From: an uncultured archaeon
Lineage (GTDB): Archaea; Thermoproteota; Nitrososphaeria; Nitrososphaerales; Gagatemarchaeaceae
Assembly: GCA_963799775.1 (NCBI GenBank)
Contig: CAWCYD010000003.1
Location: forward strand, 704,001 to 768,000
Direction of reading: 5' to 3'
Length of the DNA: 64,000 nt
Below, piece by piece: positions 1 through 10,629 of the stretch. The notes under the pieces are model-generated. The model did no database searches. It had not been told where the DNA came from and saw nothing but the letters and a program-made list of their open reading frames with translations. A program made the translations under genes and the position numbers. Numbering within the stretch: position 1 is the stretch's first letter; each line of letters starts with the position of its first letter.

Positions 1-1914
1 GACGACGCGCCGCATTATCTTCCCGCTCCTAGTCTTTGGAAGCTTGTTCACAAAGTAGACCTGGGCCGGCTCCGCTATCGGGCTGAAGTTGCTTCTCACC
101 CAGGCCCGGAGCTCCCGCCTGAGCTCGTCGCTCGGTGAGAACCCCTGCTTCAGGACCACGAAGGCGATGGTGACCTCGCCCTTGATCGGGTCTGGGACGG
201 CGACCACGGCCGCCTCGGAGGCTGCCTTGTGGGAGACGATCGAAGACTCGAGTTCGAAGGTCCCTATCCTGTGGCCGGCGACCTTGAGAACCTCGTCGGC
301 CCTCCCGGCGACCCAGATGTAGCCGTCGTTGTCTTTCACCGCGTAGTCTCCGCAGTAGAAGTACCCTTTGGGTGCGAAGCGGTCGAAGTACTGCTTCACG
401 TACCTCTCGGGGTCTCCCCACATCCCTGTCGGGGAGCCGGGCATGCCAGGCCACGGGTTCTTTATCACGAGCAGTCCCTTCTCTCCGTGCTTGACGGGCT
501 CGCCCTTGTCATCCACGACCTCGGCGTCGACCCCGGGTATCGGGAGGCCGTTCGTCCCCGGCTTCATCGGGATAAGCATCAGCCCGGGCAGGTGAGCTAT
601 CATTACCCCACCGGTCTCGGTCATCCACCACGTCGAACCGACCGGGCAGCGTCTATCCCCGACGACCTCGAACAGCCAGCGCCACGCAGAGGGGTTGATC
701 GGCTCTCCGACGCTGTGTATGAGCCTCAGCGAGCTCCTGTCGTGCTTCCTGACAAAGTCTTCGCCGAACCTCATCTGCATCCTTGTGGCGGTCGGCGTCG
801 TGTAGAACACGGAGACGCCGTATCTCTGTATCACCTGCCACCACCTGTCAGGCTGGGGGAAGTCTAGCGTCCCTTCGTAGACCACCGCAGTGGCTCCCTC
901 AATCAACGGACCGAAGACGACGTAGCTGTGTCCGGTCACCCACCCGATGTCCGCCGGACACCAGTAGACGTCGCTGTCCTTGATGTCGAAGACCCACTTC
1001 ATCGTCGCGTGCAGGAGCACCGCGTATCCCCCGTTGTCATGAATCATCCCCTTTGGTTTCCCAGTGGTGCCAGACGTGTAGAGGACGTATAGCGGGTGCT
1101 CGCTCTCGAGCGGCTCGGGGGCGACCCTGGCCGAGGTCGGCACGCCCATCATGAGCTCGTCGTACCAAAAGTCCCTCCCGACGGTCATCTTCGTTTCCTT
1201 TGTGTCCAGCCGCCTGACGACGATGACCTCCTTGATCGTCTTCGTCTGCTCGAGCGCCTTGTCGGCTATCCCCTTGAGCTCCACCTGCTTCCCTCTCCTG
1301 TTCAGGCCGTCGGCAGTGACGAGCATGGTCGCCCCAAGGTCGTTTATCCTCGAGGAGAGGGCCTCCGCGCTGAACCCGCTGAACACGACGGTGAAGGTCA
1401 CGCCCAGCCTGGCCGCCGCCAGGAGGACGACGACCGCCTCGGGGATGAGAGGGAGATAGACGGCCATCCTGTCCCCTTTCTTCAGTCCAAAGTTGTTCTT
1501 TAGCAGCGACGCGAACCGGTTGACCTCTCTCCAGAGGTCGTAGTAGGTGAGCTTCCTCACCTCGGCTGGAGAACCGTCCTTCCCCAACGCCTCGCTCTCC
1601 CATATCAGAGCGACCTTGTTCTTCCTAGGTCCCTCTACATGCCTGTCGAGGGCGAGATGGGAGAGGTTCAGCCTCCCGCCGGGGAACCACTTCGTCACGT
1701 GAGGGTGGTCCCCCGTGGCCATGACCTTGTCCCAAGGCTTCGACCAGGGCAGCTCCCTGGCTACGCTGTCCCACTGGGCGGCCGCTCCCTCGACCGACGA
1801 GGCGTGCATCGCCTGATACCTCTTGACGTCCACGCTCCTCTCGGACCAGTTTGGGAGTTCGATCCTCTCATCGAAGGGGAGGGACTCGCCCAGGATCTCG
1901 GTCTCTCCTGTCAA
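1..1914 (-). CDS. acs: Acetyl-CoA synthetase (AMP-forming), 3' end runs off the window
   Basis: Read by hand on the minus strand: TTG at 1914 is in frame with position 1. Motifs LYTSGTTGKPKG and LPKTRSGKIMRR. Absent from the ORF track because its stop lies outside the window. Confidence 0.95.
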   Translation of the reverse strand, partial: MTGETEILGESLPFDERIELPNWSERSVDVKRYQAMHASSVEGAAAQWDSVARELPWSKPWDKVMATGDHPHVTKWFPGGRLNLSHLALDRHVEGPRKNKVALIWESEALGKDGSPAEVRKLTYYDLWREVNRFASLLKNNFGLKKGDRMAVYLPLIPEAVVVLLAAARLGVTFTVVFSGFSAEALSSRINDLGATMLVTADGLNRRGKQVELKGIADKALEQTKTIKEVIVVRRLDTKETKMTVGRDFWYDELMMGVPTSARVAPEPLESEHPLYVLYTSGTTGKPKGMIHDNGGYAVLLHATMKWVFDIKDSDVYWCPADIGWVTGHSYVVFGPLIEGATAVVYEGTLDFPQPDRWWQVIQRYGVSVFYTTPTATRMQMRFGEDFVRKHDRSSLRLIHSVGEPINPSAWRWLFEVVGDRRCPVGSTWWMTETGGVMIAHLPGLMLIPMKPGTNGLPIPGVDAEVVDDKGEPVKHGEKGLLVIKNPWPGMPGSPTGMWGDPERYVKQYFDRFAPKGYFYCGDYAVKDNDGYIWVAGRADEVLKVAGHRIGTFELESSIVSHKAASEAAVVAVPDPIKGEVTIAFVVLKQGFSPSDELRRELRAWVRSNFSPIAEPAQVYFVNKLPKTRSGKIMRRVV

Positions 1915-1997
1915 GGCCCGAGCTTCTAGCCTTCCGTTGAGATATTAAGGTTCCAGCCGGTCAGCAACCTATATCTCGCGGTCGTTCTCGCGCGAGG

Positions 1998-2834
1998 TTG
2001 CCTCTTGCCCTTCGACCTCTCACGCGCCACGGGATCGTGCTGACCTTGGAGACCGTGCCCGTCGACCTGCAGGCCGCCCTGAGGCTCGTCCACCTCGTCA
2101 AGTCCTACGGAGACGTGAAGGCAGTGCGAGGGATCGACCTCACGGTGGGCAAAGGAGAGATCCTGGGCCTCCTGGGACCGAACGGCAGCGGCAAGTCCAC
2201 GACGATGAAGATGGTCCTCGGGATCCTGAAACAGGACTCGGGGGAGGTCTACATCCTGGGAGAGAGGCTCTCCGACGCGCCCCTGGAGCTGAAGAAGAAG
2301 ATGGGGTATGTCCCTGAGACCCCGCAGGTCTACGAGTTCCTCACAGGGATAGAGTACATCGACTTTGTGGCTGAGATGTACGGGGTTCCCCCCTCGGAGA
2401 GGAGGGACCGCATCTCTCAGTTCCTGACGGGCCTCCAGCTCGCGGGGCACGAGAACGAGCTCATCAGCGGCTACTCGCAGGGGATGAAGCAGAAGGTCGC
2501 GATAATCTCCGCTCTCGTACACAAGCCAAAGATCCTGGTCATGGACGAGGCGCTGAACGGGCTCGACCCCCGCTCGGCCCGCCTGGTGAAAGACCTTCTC
2601 AGGCAGCTCGCGAGCGAAGGCATCTCGATACTTTTCAGCACCCATGTTCTCGAGATCGCGCAGGCGCTCTGCGACAAGGTGGCGATAATGTATCAGGGGA
2701 CAATCCTTGCGCTGGGAACGGTCGCCGAGCTCCGGCAGACGGCGGGCCTCCCCGGTTCCACGCTGGAGGAGGTCTTCCTGAAGATGACAGGAACCGACAA
2801 CATAACCGAGGTCGTCAAGGAGCTGTCCAGATGA
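1998..2834 (+). CDS. ABC-2 type exporter ATP-binding subunit
   Basis: Walker A GPNGSGKST, signature YSQGMKQK, Walker B ILVMDE, H-loop STH. True start probably 2037-2046. Confidence 0.92.
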   Translation: MPLALRPLTRHGIVLTLETVPVDLQAALRLVHLVKSYGDVKAVRGIDLTVGKGEILGLLGPNGSGKSTTMKMVLGILKQDSGEVYILGERLSDAPLELKKKMGYVPETPQVYEFLTGIEYIDFVAEMYGVPPSERRDRISQFLTGLQLAGHENELISGYSQGMKQKVAIISALVHKPKILVMDEALNGLDPRSARLVKDLLRQLASEGISILFSTHVLEIAQALCDKVAIMYQGTILALGTVAELRQTAGLPGSTLEEVFLKMTGTDNITEVVKELSR

Positions 2835-2847
2835 GGTCGGCCGGGCA

Positions 2848-4521
2848 GTGTCAAGGCTAGGCAGGATCTACGCCATCGCTGACACGCTCTCAAAGTCCCA
2901 GCTTCGAGCGGGAAGAGCGGGGAGGGGGAGCGCGAACCTCTTCAGGAACCCGGCGATACTCGGCGTCATCGACGTGGTCTGCTTCGTCGTCTTCGCGCTT
3001 GTAGGCTACGGGATCATGCGTCTGGTCTCGACGCTGCCGCAGTCGGTGAGTGCCACGGTCGTGACGGCCCTCTTGGAGAGCTTGGTGTTCGTGCCTGCTC
3101 TCATACCGGGGGTGGTTCTCATCGCCGGCGTCCTCTTCGAGATGAGCTCGTCATCGAAGTTCGCCTCCAGCGACTCGATAAACTGGCTGCCCGTCACGCA
3201 GGTGGAGTACGTGACGGCGTCGACCCTCTCTGTCGCGTTCAACTACTCGGTCGTCCCGTCGGTCATACTCGGGCTGACCCTCTGGCCCGCTGTGAGCCTC
3301 GGCCACGGCGCGACATGGGTAGATGTCCTGATACTCAGCAGCGTCTCCCTGTTCTACGGCGGCGCGATAGTGGAGATACTCCGCGCTGCGGTCAACAGGA
3401 TGAGCACGGTGGTCATGCAGCGTGCACGGCGAGGAGCCCTGGTGCTGAGGCTCGTCGTGATGGTACTCGTCATCCTCGCGTTCCAGGTCATTTTCAACTT
3501 CTACTTCCTCGTCGACCTCATCAACAGCTTCAGCTCCTCGCTTAGCCTCGCAGCGTTCCTGCCGATCCTCTGGGCGTCCCTCGCCGTCAAGGCGAGCTTG
3601 GCGGGGGACGTCCTCCAGACCGTCGTCTACTCGGCCGCGACGTTCGGGTTCGCTGCCGCGATGCTCTGGGTCGCGGTCAAGGTGAGGTCGAGATACTGGT
3701 CGCCGACGCCTTCGCAGGTGACCGTGACTCACCGCGAGTACGTCCCCGGCGCCGGATCCGGTTTCGGGCTCTCAGTGTTGGGGCTAGGTCCGGTCGAGGT
3801 GACGCTCGTGAAGAAAGACCTCAAGGGCCTGATCAGGCGCCGGGAACTGCTCCAGTACTTCGCAATCCCGTTCGTCATGGGGATAGTCTTCCTCCTCCAG
3901 TTCACCTTCAATCCCGCCCTCAGTAGCGGTGCGGCGGCAGCCCAGACCCCGGCGTTCGTGAGCCAGCTGCCGGTCTGGTTCGTAGGGGGCTTCTTCGGGC
4001 TCATAATCTCCTCCATAAGCTACGGGCAGGAGCAGAAGTCCGCCTCGATGCTCTATGCGCTTCCCTTGACCGCGAAGCAGATCATGCGCGCCAAGCTCTT
4101 CGTGGCCCTCCTCCTCCCGATGGTGGCGACGGTGGGGATCTTCGCGATCATCGCCTTCCTCACGAGACCGCCGCCCTTGATCGTAGCGGAGGATTTCGCC
4201 ATCGCGGTCGCGATAACTGTGGAGGAGGTCTGCCTCGGGCTCGCCTTCGGGGCAAGATACCCCGACTTTCAAGAGCGCCCCAGGCCCAGGTTCGTGGATC
4301 CCATCGGCATCCTGATCCTCGTGATCCTGGGGCTTGTCGTGATGTTCTTGACCGCGCTGCCGGTCATCCTGATCGACATCCTGTCCTCGTTCTCAGGTGC
4401 CCAGTCGCAGGTGCAACCGCTCTTCCTCGTGGCGCTGGCCTTCGCCGTCGCGGTGGTCGGCCTCTCCTACAGCTTCGCGACCCGCCAGACGAAGAAGCTC
4501 TTCACCGAGTTCAAGTGGTGA
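2848..4521 (+). CDS. ABC-2 type exporter permease (polytopic membrane protein)
   Basis: Many hydrophobic segments, directly downstream of the ATPase, KKDLKGLIRR and LPLTAKQIMRAK motifs typical of this permease family. Confidence 0.8.
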   Translation: MSRLGRIYAIADTLSKSQLRAGRAGRGSANLFRNPAILGVIDVVCFVVFALVGYGIMRLVSTLPQSVSATVVTALLESLVFVPALIPGVVLIAGVLFEMSSSSKFASSDSINWLPVTQVEYVTASTLSVAFNYSVVPSVILGLTLWPAVSLGHGATWVDVLILSSVSLFYGGAIVEILRAAVNRMSTVVMQRARRGALVLRLVVMVLVILAFQVIFNFYFLVDLINSFSSSLSLAAFLPILWASLAVKASLAGDVLQTVVYSAATFGFAAAMLWVAVKVRSRYWSPTPSQVTVTHREYVPGAGSGFGLSVLGLGPVEVTLVKKDLKGLIRRRELLQYFAIPFVMGIVFLLQFTFNPALSSGAAAAQTPAFVSQLPVWFVGGFFGLIISSISYGQEQKSASMLYALPLTAKQIMRAKLFVALLLPMVATVGIFAIIAFLTRPPPLIVAEDFAIAVAITVEEVCLGLAFGARYPDFQERPRPRFVDPIGILILVILGLVVMFLTALPVILIDILSSFSGAQSQVQPLFLVALAFAVAVVGLSYSFATRQTKKLFTEFKW

Positions 4522-4579
4522 AAGGCCCTCTGTGCCTCGGTAAGGTTTAATCCTGAAGCGCCGACGGGATGGCAGGTAC

Positions 4580-6035
4580 TTGAAAGACGGGACATACGGG
4601 TACGACTCTTACCTCTCTCCATTCACATGGCGATATGGCAGCGAGGAGATGAGGAAGCTCTTCTCCGAGACGCAGAGGAGGGCGACCTGGAGGAAGGTCT
4701 GGCTCGGCTTGGCGGAGGCCGAGGCCGGGATGGGGCTGATCTCTGGCAAGGAGCTGGAGGGGATCAGGAAAGCGTCGAGCGAAAAAAAGGTCGACATCGG
4801 AAGAGCCCACGAGATAGAGAAGAAGATCAAGCACGACCTGATGGCGGAGCTCAGGGTCTTCGCCGATCAGGCGGAGGGCGGCGGCGGGAAGCTCCATCTG
4901 GGCGCGACGTCGATGGACATAGAGGACAACGCCGACGTGATGATGTTCGCACGCGGGCTCGAGATCGTAAGCGGGAGGCTGGTCAGCTGTCTGACGGCGG
5001 CCGCGGCCAAGGTCAAGCGGTACAAGGGGCTCGTCTGCATGGGATGGACCCATCTCCAGCCGGCCGAACCTACCACGCTCGGGTACAGGTTCGCGAACTA
5101 CGCCCAGGACACTCGTGATCGACATCCGCCTGATCGATGACCTCCGCAGGGATTTCCTAAAGGGAAAAGGGATGAAGGGGGCGGTCGGGACGTCGGCGAG
5201 CTACTCCAAGCTGCTTGGAAGCGCCGCGAAGGCCAAGCGCCTCGAGGAGGAGACGATGGGACACCTGGGTTTCCCCTTCTTCGATGTCGCCAGCCAGACG
5301 TATCCCAGGAAGTTAGACTACCTCATCCTCGCGGCTCTCGCCTCGGTGGCCGCCTCGTGCGCCAAGTTCGGGCTGGACATGAGCGGTCCCTTCAGTCTCC
5401 TGCCTTCGGAGAGCTCTCTGAGCCGATCGAGGACGAGCAGGTCGGGTCCAGCGCCATGCCGTTCAAGAGAAACCCTGTCACTGCTGAGAGGATGTGCTCG
5501 TTGGCGAGACTGGTCTCCGTGATGCCGCTGGTCGCTTTCATCAACGCCTCGAACACCATCCTCGAGAGGACGCTCGACGACTCTGCCGCGAGGAGGGTAG
5601 CGATCCCAGAGGCGTTCCTCGCTGTGGACGAGTGCTTGGCCATCTACGAGAGACTTATGACCAGACTCCGGGTTTATCCGGCGATGATAGAGAAGAACCT
5701 TGAGAGGTTCGGCGCGTTCTCTGGGACGGAGGCGGTGCTGATGGAGCTCGCCGAGAAGGGAGTGGACAGGCAGAAGGCCCACGAGGCGATCAGGGTGCGT
5801 TCCTTCGAGGCCTGGGAAGCGGTCTTGCGGGGGGAGCCGAACCCGCTCGAGGGGCTCCTCGCAAAGGACAAGCTTGTCTCTTCGAGGATCGCGAAGAAGC
5901 GGCTCGAGGTCCGTACTCGACCCGTCGAGGCACACGGGAAGGGCCGAAGATAGCTGCGACGACTTCCTGAAGAAGACGGTGGGCCCGATACTAGCCTCTC
6001 ACGGAAAGTCAAGGCCGAGCAAGGTCAGGTTCTAG
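4580..6035 (+). CDS. purB: Adenylosuccinate lyase (split by apparent sequencing frameshifts)
   Basis: HLGATSMDI, GWTHLQPAEPTT and signature GSSAMPFKRNP spread over ORFs 4580-5140, 5115-5522 and 5357-5953. Confidence 0.93.
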
Positions 6036-6045
6036 AGCGGCCTTC

Positions 6046-7119
6046 CTAGGCCAACCGGACCTCGCCGAGGACCACGCCTTCGCCTCGCTGGACCGAGCCG
6101 ATCGGACGTCCCTTGAAACCCTTCTTCCTGTAGGCCTTCAGGACCTGTTCCACCTCGCTTCGAGGAGCGACGACGCAGAGCCCGACGCCCATGTTGAACG
6201 TCTTGAACATCTCGGCGTCGCTGAGGTGCCCTTCGCGCTGCAGGAGACGGAAGATGGCGGGCCTCTCGCTCGTTGGGATCGCCTTGAGCCGGAACTGGAG
6301 TCTCCGGGAGCCGGTCAGCCTTGTGAGCTTCGTGAACGCCCCGCCGGTGATGTGCGCGATCCCATGGACCTCGCTCCTCCGGAGGGCTTCGAGCGTCGGC
6401 CCTACATAGATCCTGGTGGGTCGCAGGAGCGCGTCGCCGAGGCTCTCGCCGAGCTCGGGGAGCTCCCTTTCCAAGCTCTTGCCCTTGACGATCTTCCTCG
6501 CCAGGGTGTACCCGTTCGAGTGGAGGCCGCTGCTCTCGACCCCGATGACGACGTCGCCCTCGCGTATCGAGGAGCCGTCGACCACGTCTTCCTTGCCCAC
6601 GACTCCCACTCCCATCGAGATGAGGTCGAAGCCGCAGCCATCGATGCCTTTCACGAGTTCGCTCACGATCGCGGTCTCGCCTCCCACGATGGGCGCGCCG
6701 GCCTCCCGTGCACCCGAGACCAGCCCCTTCGATAGCTCCTCGACCAGTCCGGCGTCCTCGCGCTCAAGGCTCATGTGGTCTAGGAGCGCGATGGGCTCGC
6801 AACCCAAGCAGATTAGGTCGTTGACGGTCATCGCGACGCAGTCTATCCCCACGGTGTCGTACCTCCGGAGCTGCTGCGCGACCAGCACCTTCGTCCCGAC
6901 GTTGTCGGTGTGCAGCCCGAGCAGCCTGCCGCCGCCGATGTCGATGAGGCCGGCATAGTGGCCGATTCCGATGACTGGTTCGCCGAACTTGCCCTTTCGC
7001 GTCGAGAAGGTCGCCCCGAAGGTCTTCGCCATCTCCGCCTGCATCGAGCGCACCTTGACGACGTCGACGCCGGACAGCGCATAGGCGTCCCCGCGCCGTG
7101 CCTTGTTGACGCTGGGCAA
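6046..7119 (-). CDS. purM: Phosphoribosylaminoimidazole (AIR) synthetase
   Basis: TDNVGTK, GIDCVAMTVND, GGETA, SSGLHSNGY, HITGG, TFNMGVG. Confidence 0.96.
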   Translation of the reverse strand: MPSVNKARRGDAYALSGVDVVKVRSMQAEMAKTFGATFSTRKGKFGEPVIGIGHYAGLIDIGGGRLLGLHTDNVGTKVLVAQQLRRYDTVGIDCVAMTVNDLICLGCEPIALLDHMSLEREDAGLVEELSKGLVSGAREAGAPIVGGETAIVSELVKGIDGCGFDLISMGVGVVGKEDVVDGSSIREGDVVIGVESSGLHSNGYTLARKIVKGKSLERELPELGESLGDALLRPTRIYVGPTLEALRRSEVHGIAHITGGAFTKLTRLTGSRRLQFRLKAIPTSERPAIFRLLQREGHLSDAEMFKTFNMGVGLCVVAPRSEVEQVLKAYRKKGFKGRPIGSVQRGEGVVLGEVRLA

Positions 7120-7131
7120 GGGATGGCCTCC

Positions 7132-8001
7132 CTAACCTGTGGAAAGCTTTCGGCCCGTTATGCTCTCGTAGACGTGGACGTATCTTCTGCTGACCTCGTC
7201 GATGAGTTCGCCAGGCAGCTCTGGCGGAGGCGGGACCGGGAGGCTTGCCTTTCGCGCGGCGTCCAGTTTCGCCCTGTAGCCGGAGCTTTGGAGCCAATCG
7301 CGGATGGGCTGTTTGTCGTAGCTCTCCTGCGACTTGCCGGGCGAGTAGGAGGCGGCCGGCCACATCCTGAACTCGTCCGGGCCGATGGAGTCGGCCATCA
7401 GGATGGACCCATTCCGGTCCTTTCCGAACTCTAGCTTCAGGTCGGCAAGGATGAATCCCGCTCCTTTGGCCTTGTCAGACATCCTCTGATAGACCTCGAT
7501 AGTGGACGCCTTGACCTTCTTCAGCTCGGCGTCGGTCATGAGCCCCTGCTTGATGATCTCGGCCTCGGTCAACGGCTCGTCGTGGACCTCGGACTTAGTG
7601 GTGGGGTCGAAGTAGGGGGCTGGGAGCTTAGAGGCCAACACCCTCGGGCCGGGGAGAGAGACCTCGCCCTTTGTCAGCCTCTCGAAGAGGCTCCCGTAAA
7701 GGTAGCCTCGCACGATGCACTCGACCATTATCATCTTCAGCTTCTTCACGACCATCATGTTGGGGCCCTCGAGCCTGACCATGTGGTGGGGCACCCCGAG
7801 AGTCTCGAACCAGTACGCCCCCATCTTGCAGAGCGCCTCACCCTTCTTCGGGATGCTGGTGGGGAGCACGACGTCGAAGGCGGAGACGCGGTCGGTGAAG
7901 TGGAACAAGAGATGGTCGGCGTCGAACTCGTAGATGTCCTTGACCTTCCCCGACCTCAGGAAGCGTCCGGGCGGCTTCTGGGCCTGGGCTGTCAACGCCA
8001 T
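7132..8001 (-). CDS. purC: SAICAR synthetase
   Basis: GKVKDIY, TDRVSAFD, ADLKLEFG, SYDKQPIRDWL. Confidence 0.96.
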   Translation of the reverse strand: MALTAQAQKPPGRFLRSGKVKDIYEFDADHLLFHFTDRVSAFDVVLPTSIPKKGEALCKMGAYWFETLGVPHHMVRLEGPNMMVVKKLKMIMVECIVRGYLYGSLFERLTKGEVSLPGPRVLASKLPAPYFDPTTKSEVHDEPLTEAEIIKQGLMTDAELKKVKASTIEVYQRMSDKAKGAGFILADLKLEFGKDRNGSILMADSIGPDEFRMWPAASYSPGKSQESYDKQPIRDWLQSSGYRAKLDAARKASLPVPPPPELPGELIDEVSRRYVHVYESITGRKLSTG

Positions 8002-8444
8002 GCCTCCCGCATCTTCTCGATCTTTTCTCTGACGTTCTTGTCGCTCAGCGCGACTATCTCAGCTGCGAGGATGCCGGCGTTCCTGGCGTTGTCGATCCCG
8101 ACGCAAGCGACGGGGACGCCCGGGGGCATCTGGACTATCGACAGGAGAGAGTCGAGACCGTTAAGCTTAGCGTTCACCGGCACACCGATGACGGGCTTTG
8201 TCGTCGAGGCGGCTATGACCCCCGGGAGGTGGGCGGCCAGGCCCACGACCGCGATGAATATCTCCGCCTTGGATGAGGCCAGGTACCTCCTGAGGCCTTC
8301 GGGATTCCTGTGGGCAGAGAGGAACTGGACCTGGTGAGAGACCCCGAGTTCCGTCAGCGCCTTCACCGCGTCGTCGACTACCGCCTGGTCGCTCTTGCTT
8401 CCAGCGACTATCGCTACCTTGATGTTCTCCGGCATATCGCTCAC
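7992..8444 (-). CDS. purE: N5-CAIR mutase / AIR carboxylase
   Basis: GSKSD, SAHRNP, AAHLPG, PVIGVP, SIVQMPPGVPVA. Confidence 0.96.
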   Translation of the reverse strand: MSDMPENIKVAIVAGSKSDQAVVDDAVKALTELGVSHQVQFLSAHRNPEGLRRYLASSKAEIFIAVVGLAAHLPGVIAASTTKPVIGVPVNAKLNGLDSLLSIVQMPPGVPVACVGIDNARNAGILAAEIVALSDKNVREKIEKMREAWR

Positions 8445-9100
8445 TTCTGGCCCGGACGTTGTCTGTTTTTGAATGCTTTCGTCAGGCGGCGCGGCCTAAC
8501 GACCCTCGTATCCGTGACGATCACGTCAAGCGGGACGTCAAGACGAGACTCGGGGACGTGGGGGATCCTCTGAGATTCTAGGGCCAGGCCGACCTTCCTG
8601 ACCCCGGTCGCGCCTGCGAGCGACCTGTCGAAGTAGCCTGCCCCGTATCCGAGTCGGTGACCCTGCTCGTCCCAGGCCACGAGAGGGACGAGTATCATGT
8701 CGGCCTCCGAGATCGCGATGGGATGCGAGTGTGATGGGATCGGCTCCAGGATTCCGAAGGGGCCGGGCACGAGGTCTTCCTCGAACGATCCTATCTCGTG
8801 GAAGCTCAGCGTCCTCGAAGTCACGTTGGTGACAATAGCCGCCACCCGCTTCCCGTCTTCCAAAGCTCTCTCGACGATCGGTCGCGTCTGGACCTCGTCG
8901 GGTTTGGCGACGTATGAGATGATTTGACGTGCCCTCTGATACTCTGGAAGCGAGACCAAGTTCTTCAGCACGTTCGAGCTCAACTCGGCGAGTCGGGCGG
9001 GGTCGATCGACCGCCTCTTCAGCAAGGCCACTTCCCTCAGCTGCCGCTTCCTCTCCCAGGTGCTCAACCTCCGGCTCCTCGAGACGGCAACCGCTATCAC
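8441..9100 (-). CDS. 5-formyltetrahydrofolate cyclo-ligase
   Basis: C-terminal part of ORF 8441-10183: GPFGILEP and [25 protein letters not shown] start at 9100 overlaps the folD stop (GTGA). Confidence 0.9.
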   Translation of the reverse strand: MIAVAVSRSRRLSTWERKRQLREVALLKRRSIDPARLAELSSNVLKNLVSLPEYQRARQIISYVAKPDEVQTRPIVERALEDGKRVAAIVTNVTSRTLSFHEIGSFEEDLVPGPFGILEPIPSHSHPIAISEADMILVPLVAWDEQGHRLGYGAGYFDRSLAGATGVRKVGLALESQRIPHVPESRLDVPLDVIVTDTRVVRPRRLTKAFKNRQRPGQK

Positions 9101-9979
9101 ACCATGACCCCGCCGTGTTCCAGGCCGTTCTGGATGGCCGCGGCGATCAGGGTGTTCTCCATCAGCATGGCGACGGTCATTGGACCGACCCCTCCGGGCA
9201 CGGGCGTGATCATCGAGGCCTTCTGCGAGACTTCGTCGAACTCGGCGTCCCCTACGAGCTTGCCGTGGATCCTGTTCATCGCGACGTCTACGACGACCGC
9301 GCCGTCCTTGACCATCTCTCGCCCCAGGACGAACTCGGGACGCCGTCCGACCGCCGTGACAAGGACGTCTGCCTGCCTCGTCAGAGACACGAGATCCCGA
9401 GACTTTGAGTGACAGACCGTGACCGTGGCGTCCTGGGCAAGGAGGAGGTGCGCCAGAGGCCGGCCTACCAGGGCGCTCCGGTTGATTATCACGCACCTTG
9501 AGCCCGCGAGCGGGGACCTTGTGATGGCGCAGGAGTTCCATGATCCCCTTCGGGGTGCACGGGAGCAGCACCCCCTGGTTGTAGAACAGCCGCCCCATGT
9601 TCATAGTGGTCAGCCCGTCCACGTCCTTCTCGGGGGAGATCAGGTCTATCATCATCCTAGCGTTGAGATGGGAGGGAAGAGGAAGCTCCAGGATTATCCC
9701 GTTGACGGTCTTGTCCGAGTTGAGCTTCCGGATCAAGACGCCGAGGTCTTCGCTCAAGGATGTGCCTCTGAGGTGGTGCCCCTCGGTGGCTATTCCAAGC
9801 TCCTTCGCTGCGCGGTGCTTGCTGTCGACATAGATCTTCGATGGGGCGTCGTCGCCTACGAGGATCGTGGCGAGCTTCGGCTCCACGCCCCCGCCCATCT
9901 TCATCATCTCGGCCTCCTTTGCCAGACGGTCCCTGATCTCGTGCGCGAGTGCCCTGCCGTCCATCAAGACCGCAGTCAT
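9097..9979 (-). CDS. folD: Methylene-THF dehydrogenase/cyclohydrolase (frameshift near 9500)
   Basis: [27 protein letters not shown], then in another frame NRSALVGRP and [11 protein letters not shown]. Confidence 0.93.
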
Positions 9980-10614
9980 CTTCTGTCTATCACCACTCGT
10001 CTTCCCTCGATTTTTAGCCTTCCTTCGACGAAGAGCTTCACCGCGAGAGGGTAGATCTTGTGTTCTTCCTTCAATATTCTGGCCGAGAGCGACTCGACGT
10101 CGTCGTCCTCGTGGACCTTCACGGCGCTCTGCAAGATTATCGGTCCGGAGTCGACCTGGGGGACGACGAAGTGGACCGTGCACCCAGAGACCTTGACCCC
10201 GTGCTCCAGTGCCTGCTCCTGAGCGTGCAGCCCGGGGAAGGAGGGGAGGAGAGCGGGGTGTATGTTGACTATCCTTCCCCTGAAATGGTCGACGAACTCG
10301 CGCGAGAGCAGCCTCATGTAGCCCGCGAGTACGACCAGCCCCTCGCTGGCCGTTATCCCTCTCCGCCTCAGCACCTCCATCAGCTTCCTGTCGTAGTCGA
10401 GCCTGGTCGGGAGGCCCGAAGGGTCGAGGCAGATTGACTCCACGCCGTGCCTCTTCGCGAGCTCCAGCGCCTTCGCTTCAGGCTTGTCGCTTATGACGAC
10501 GCGGACCCGAGCCCCCCTGATGCGCTTGCGTTCGATGGCACGGATGATGGAGAGCATGTTGCTGCCTCTACCGGAGACGAGGATGGCGATGCTGCACGGC
10601 GAGGCTTCAGGCAA
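9976..10614 (-). CDS. purN: Phosphoribosylglycinamide formyltransferase
   Basis: SGRGSN, LAGYMRLL, NIHPALLPSFPG, GCTVHFV, DSGPII. Confidence 0.96.
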   Translation of the reverse strand: MPEASPCSIAILVSGRGSNMLSIIRAIERKRIRGARVRVVISDKPEAKALELAKRHGVESICLDPSGLPTRLDYDRKLMEVLRRRGITASEGLVVLAGYMRLLSREFVDHFRGRIVNIHPALLPSFPGLHAQEQALEHGVKVSGCTVHFVVPQVDSGPIILQSAVKVHEDDDVESLSARILKEEHKIYPLAVKLFVEGRLKIEGRRVVIDRR

Positions 10615-10629
10615 GGGACTCTCGGGCCT

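Noticed and set aside
8441-10183. 580-aa apparent FolD/5-FCL fusion ORF
   Set aside because: Artefact of the folD frameshift: the middle is out-of-frame sequence and the true folD C-terminus lies in ORF 9097-9492.
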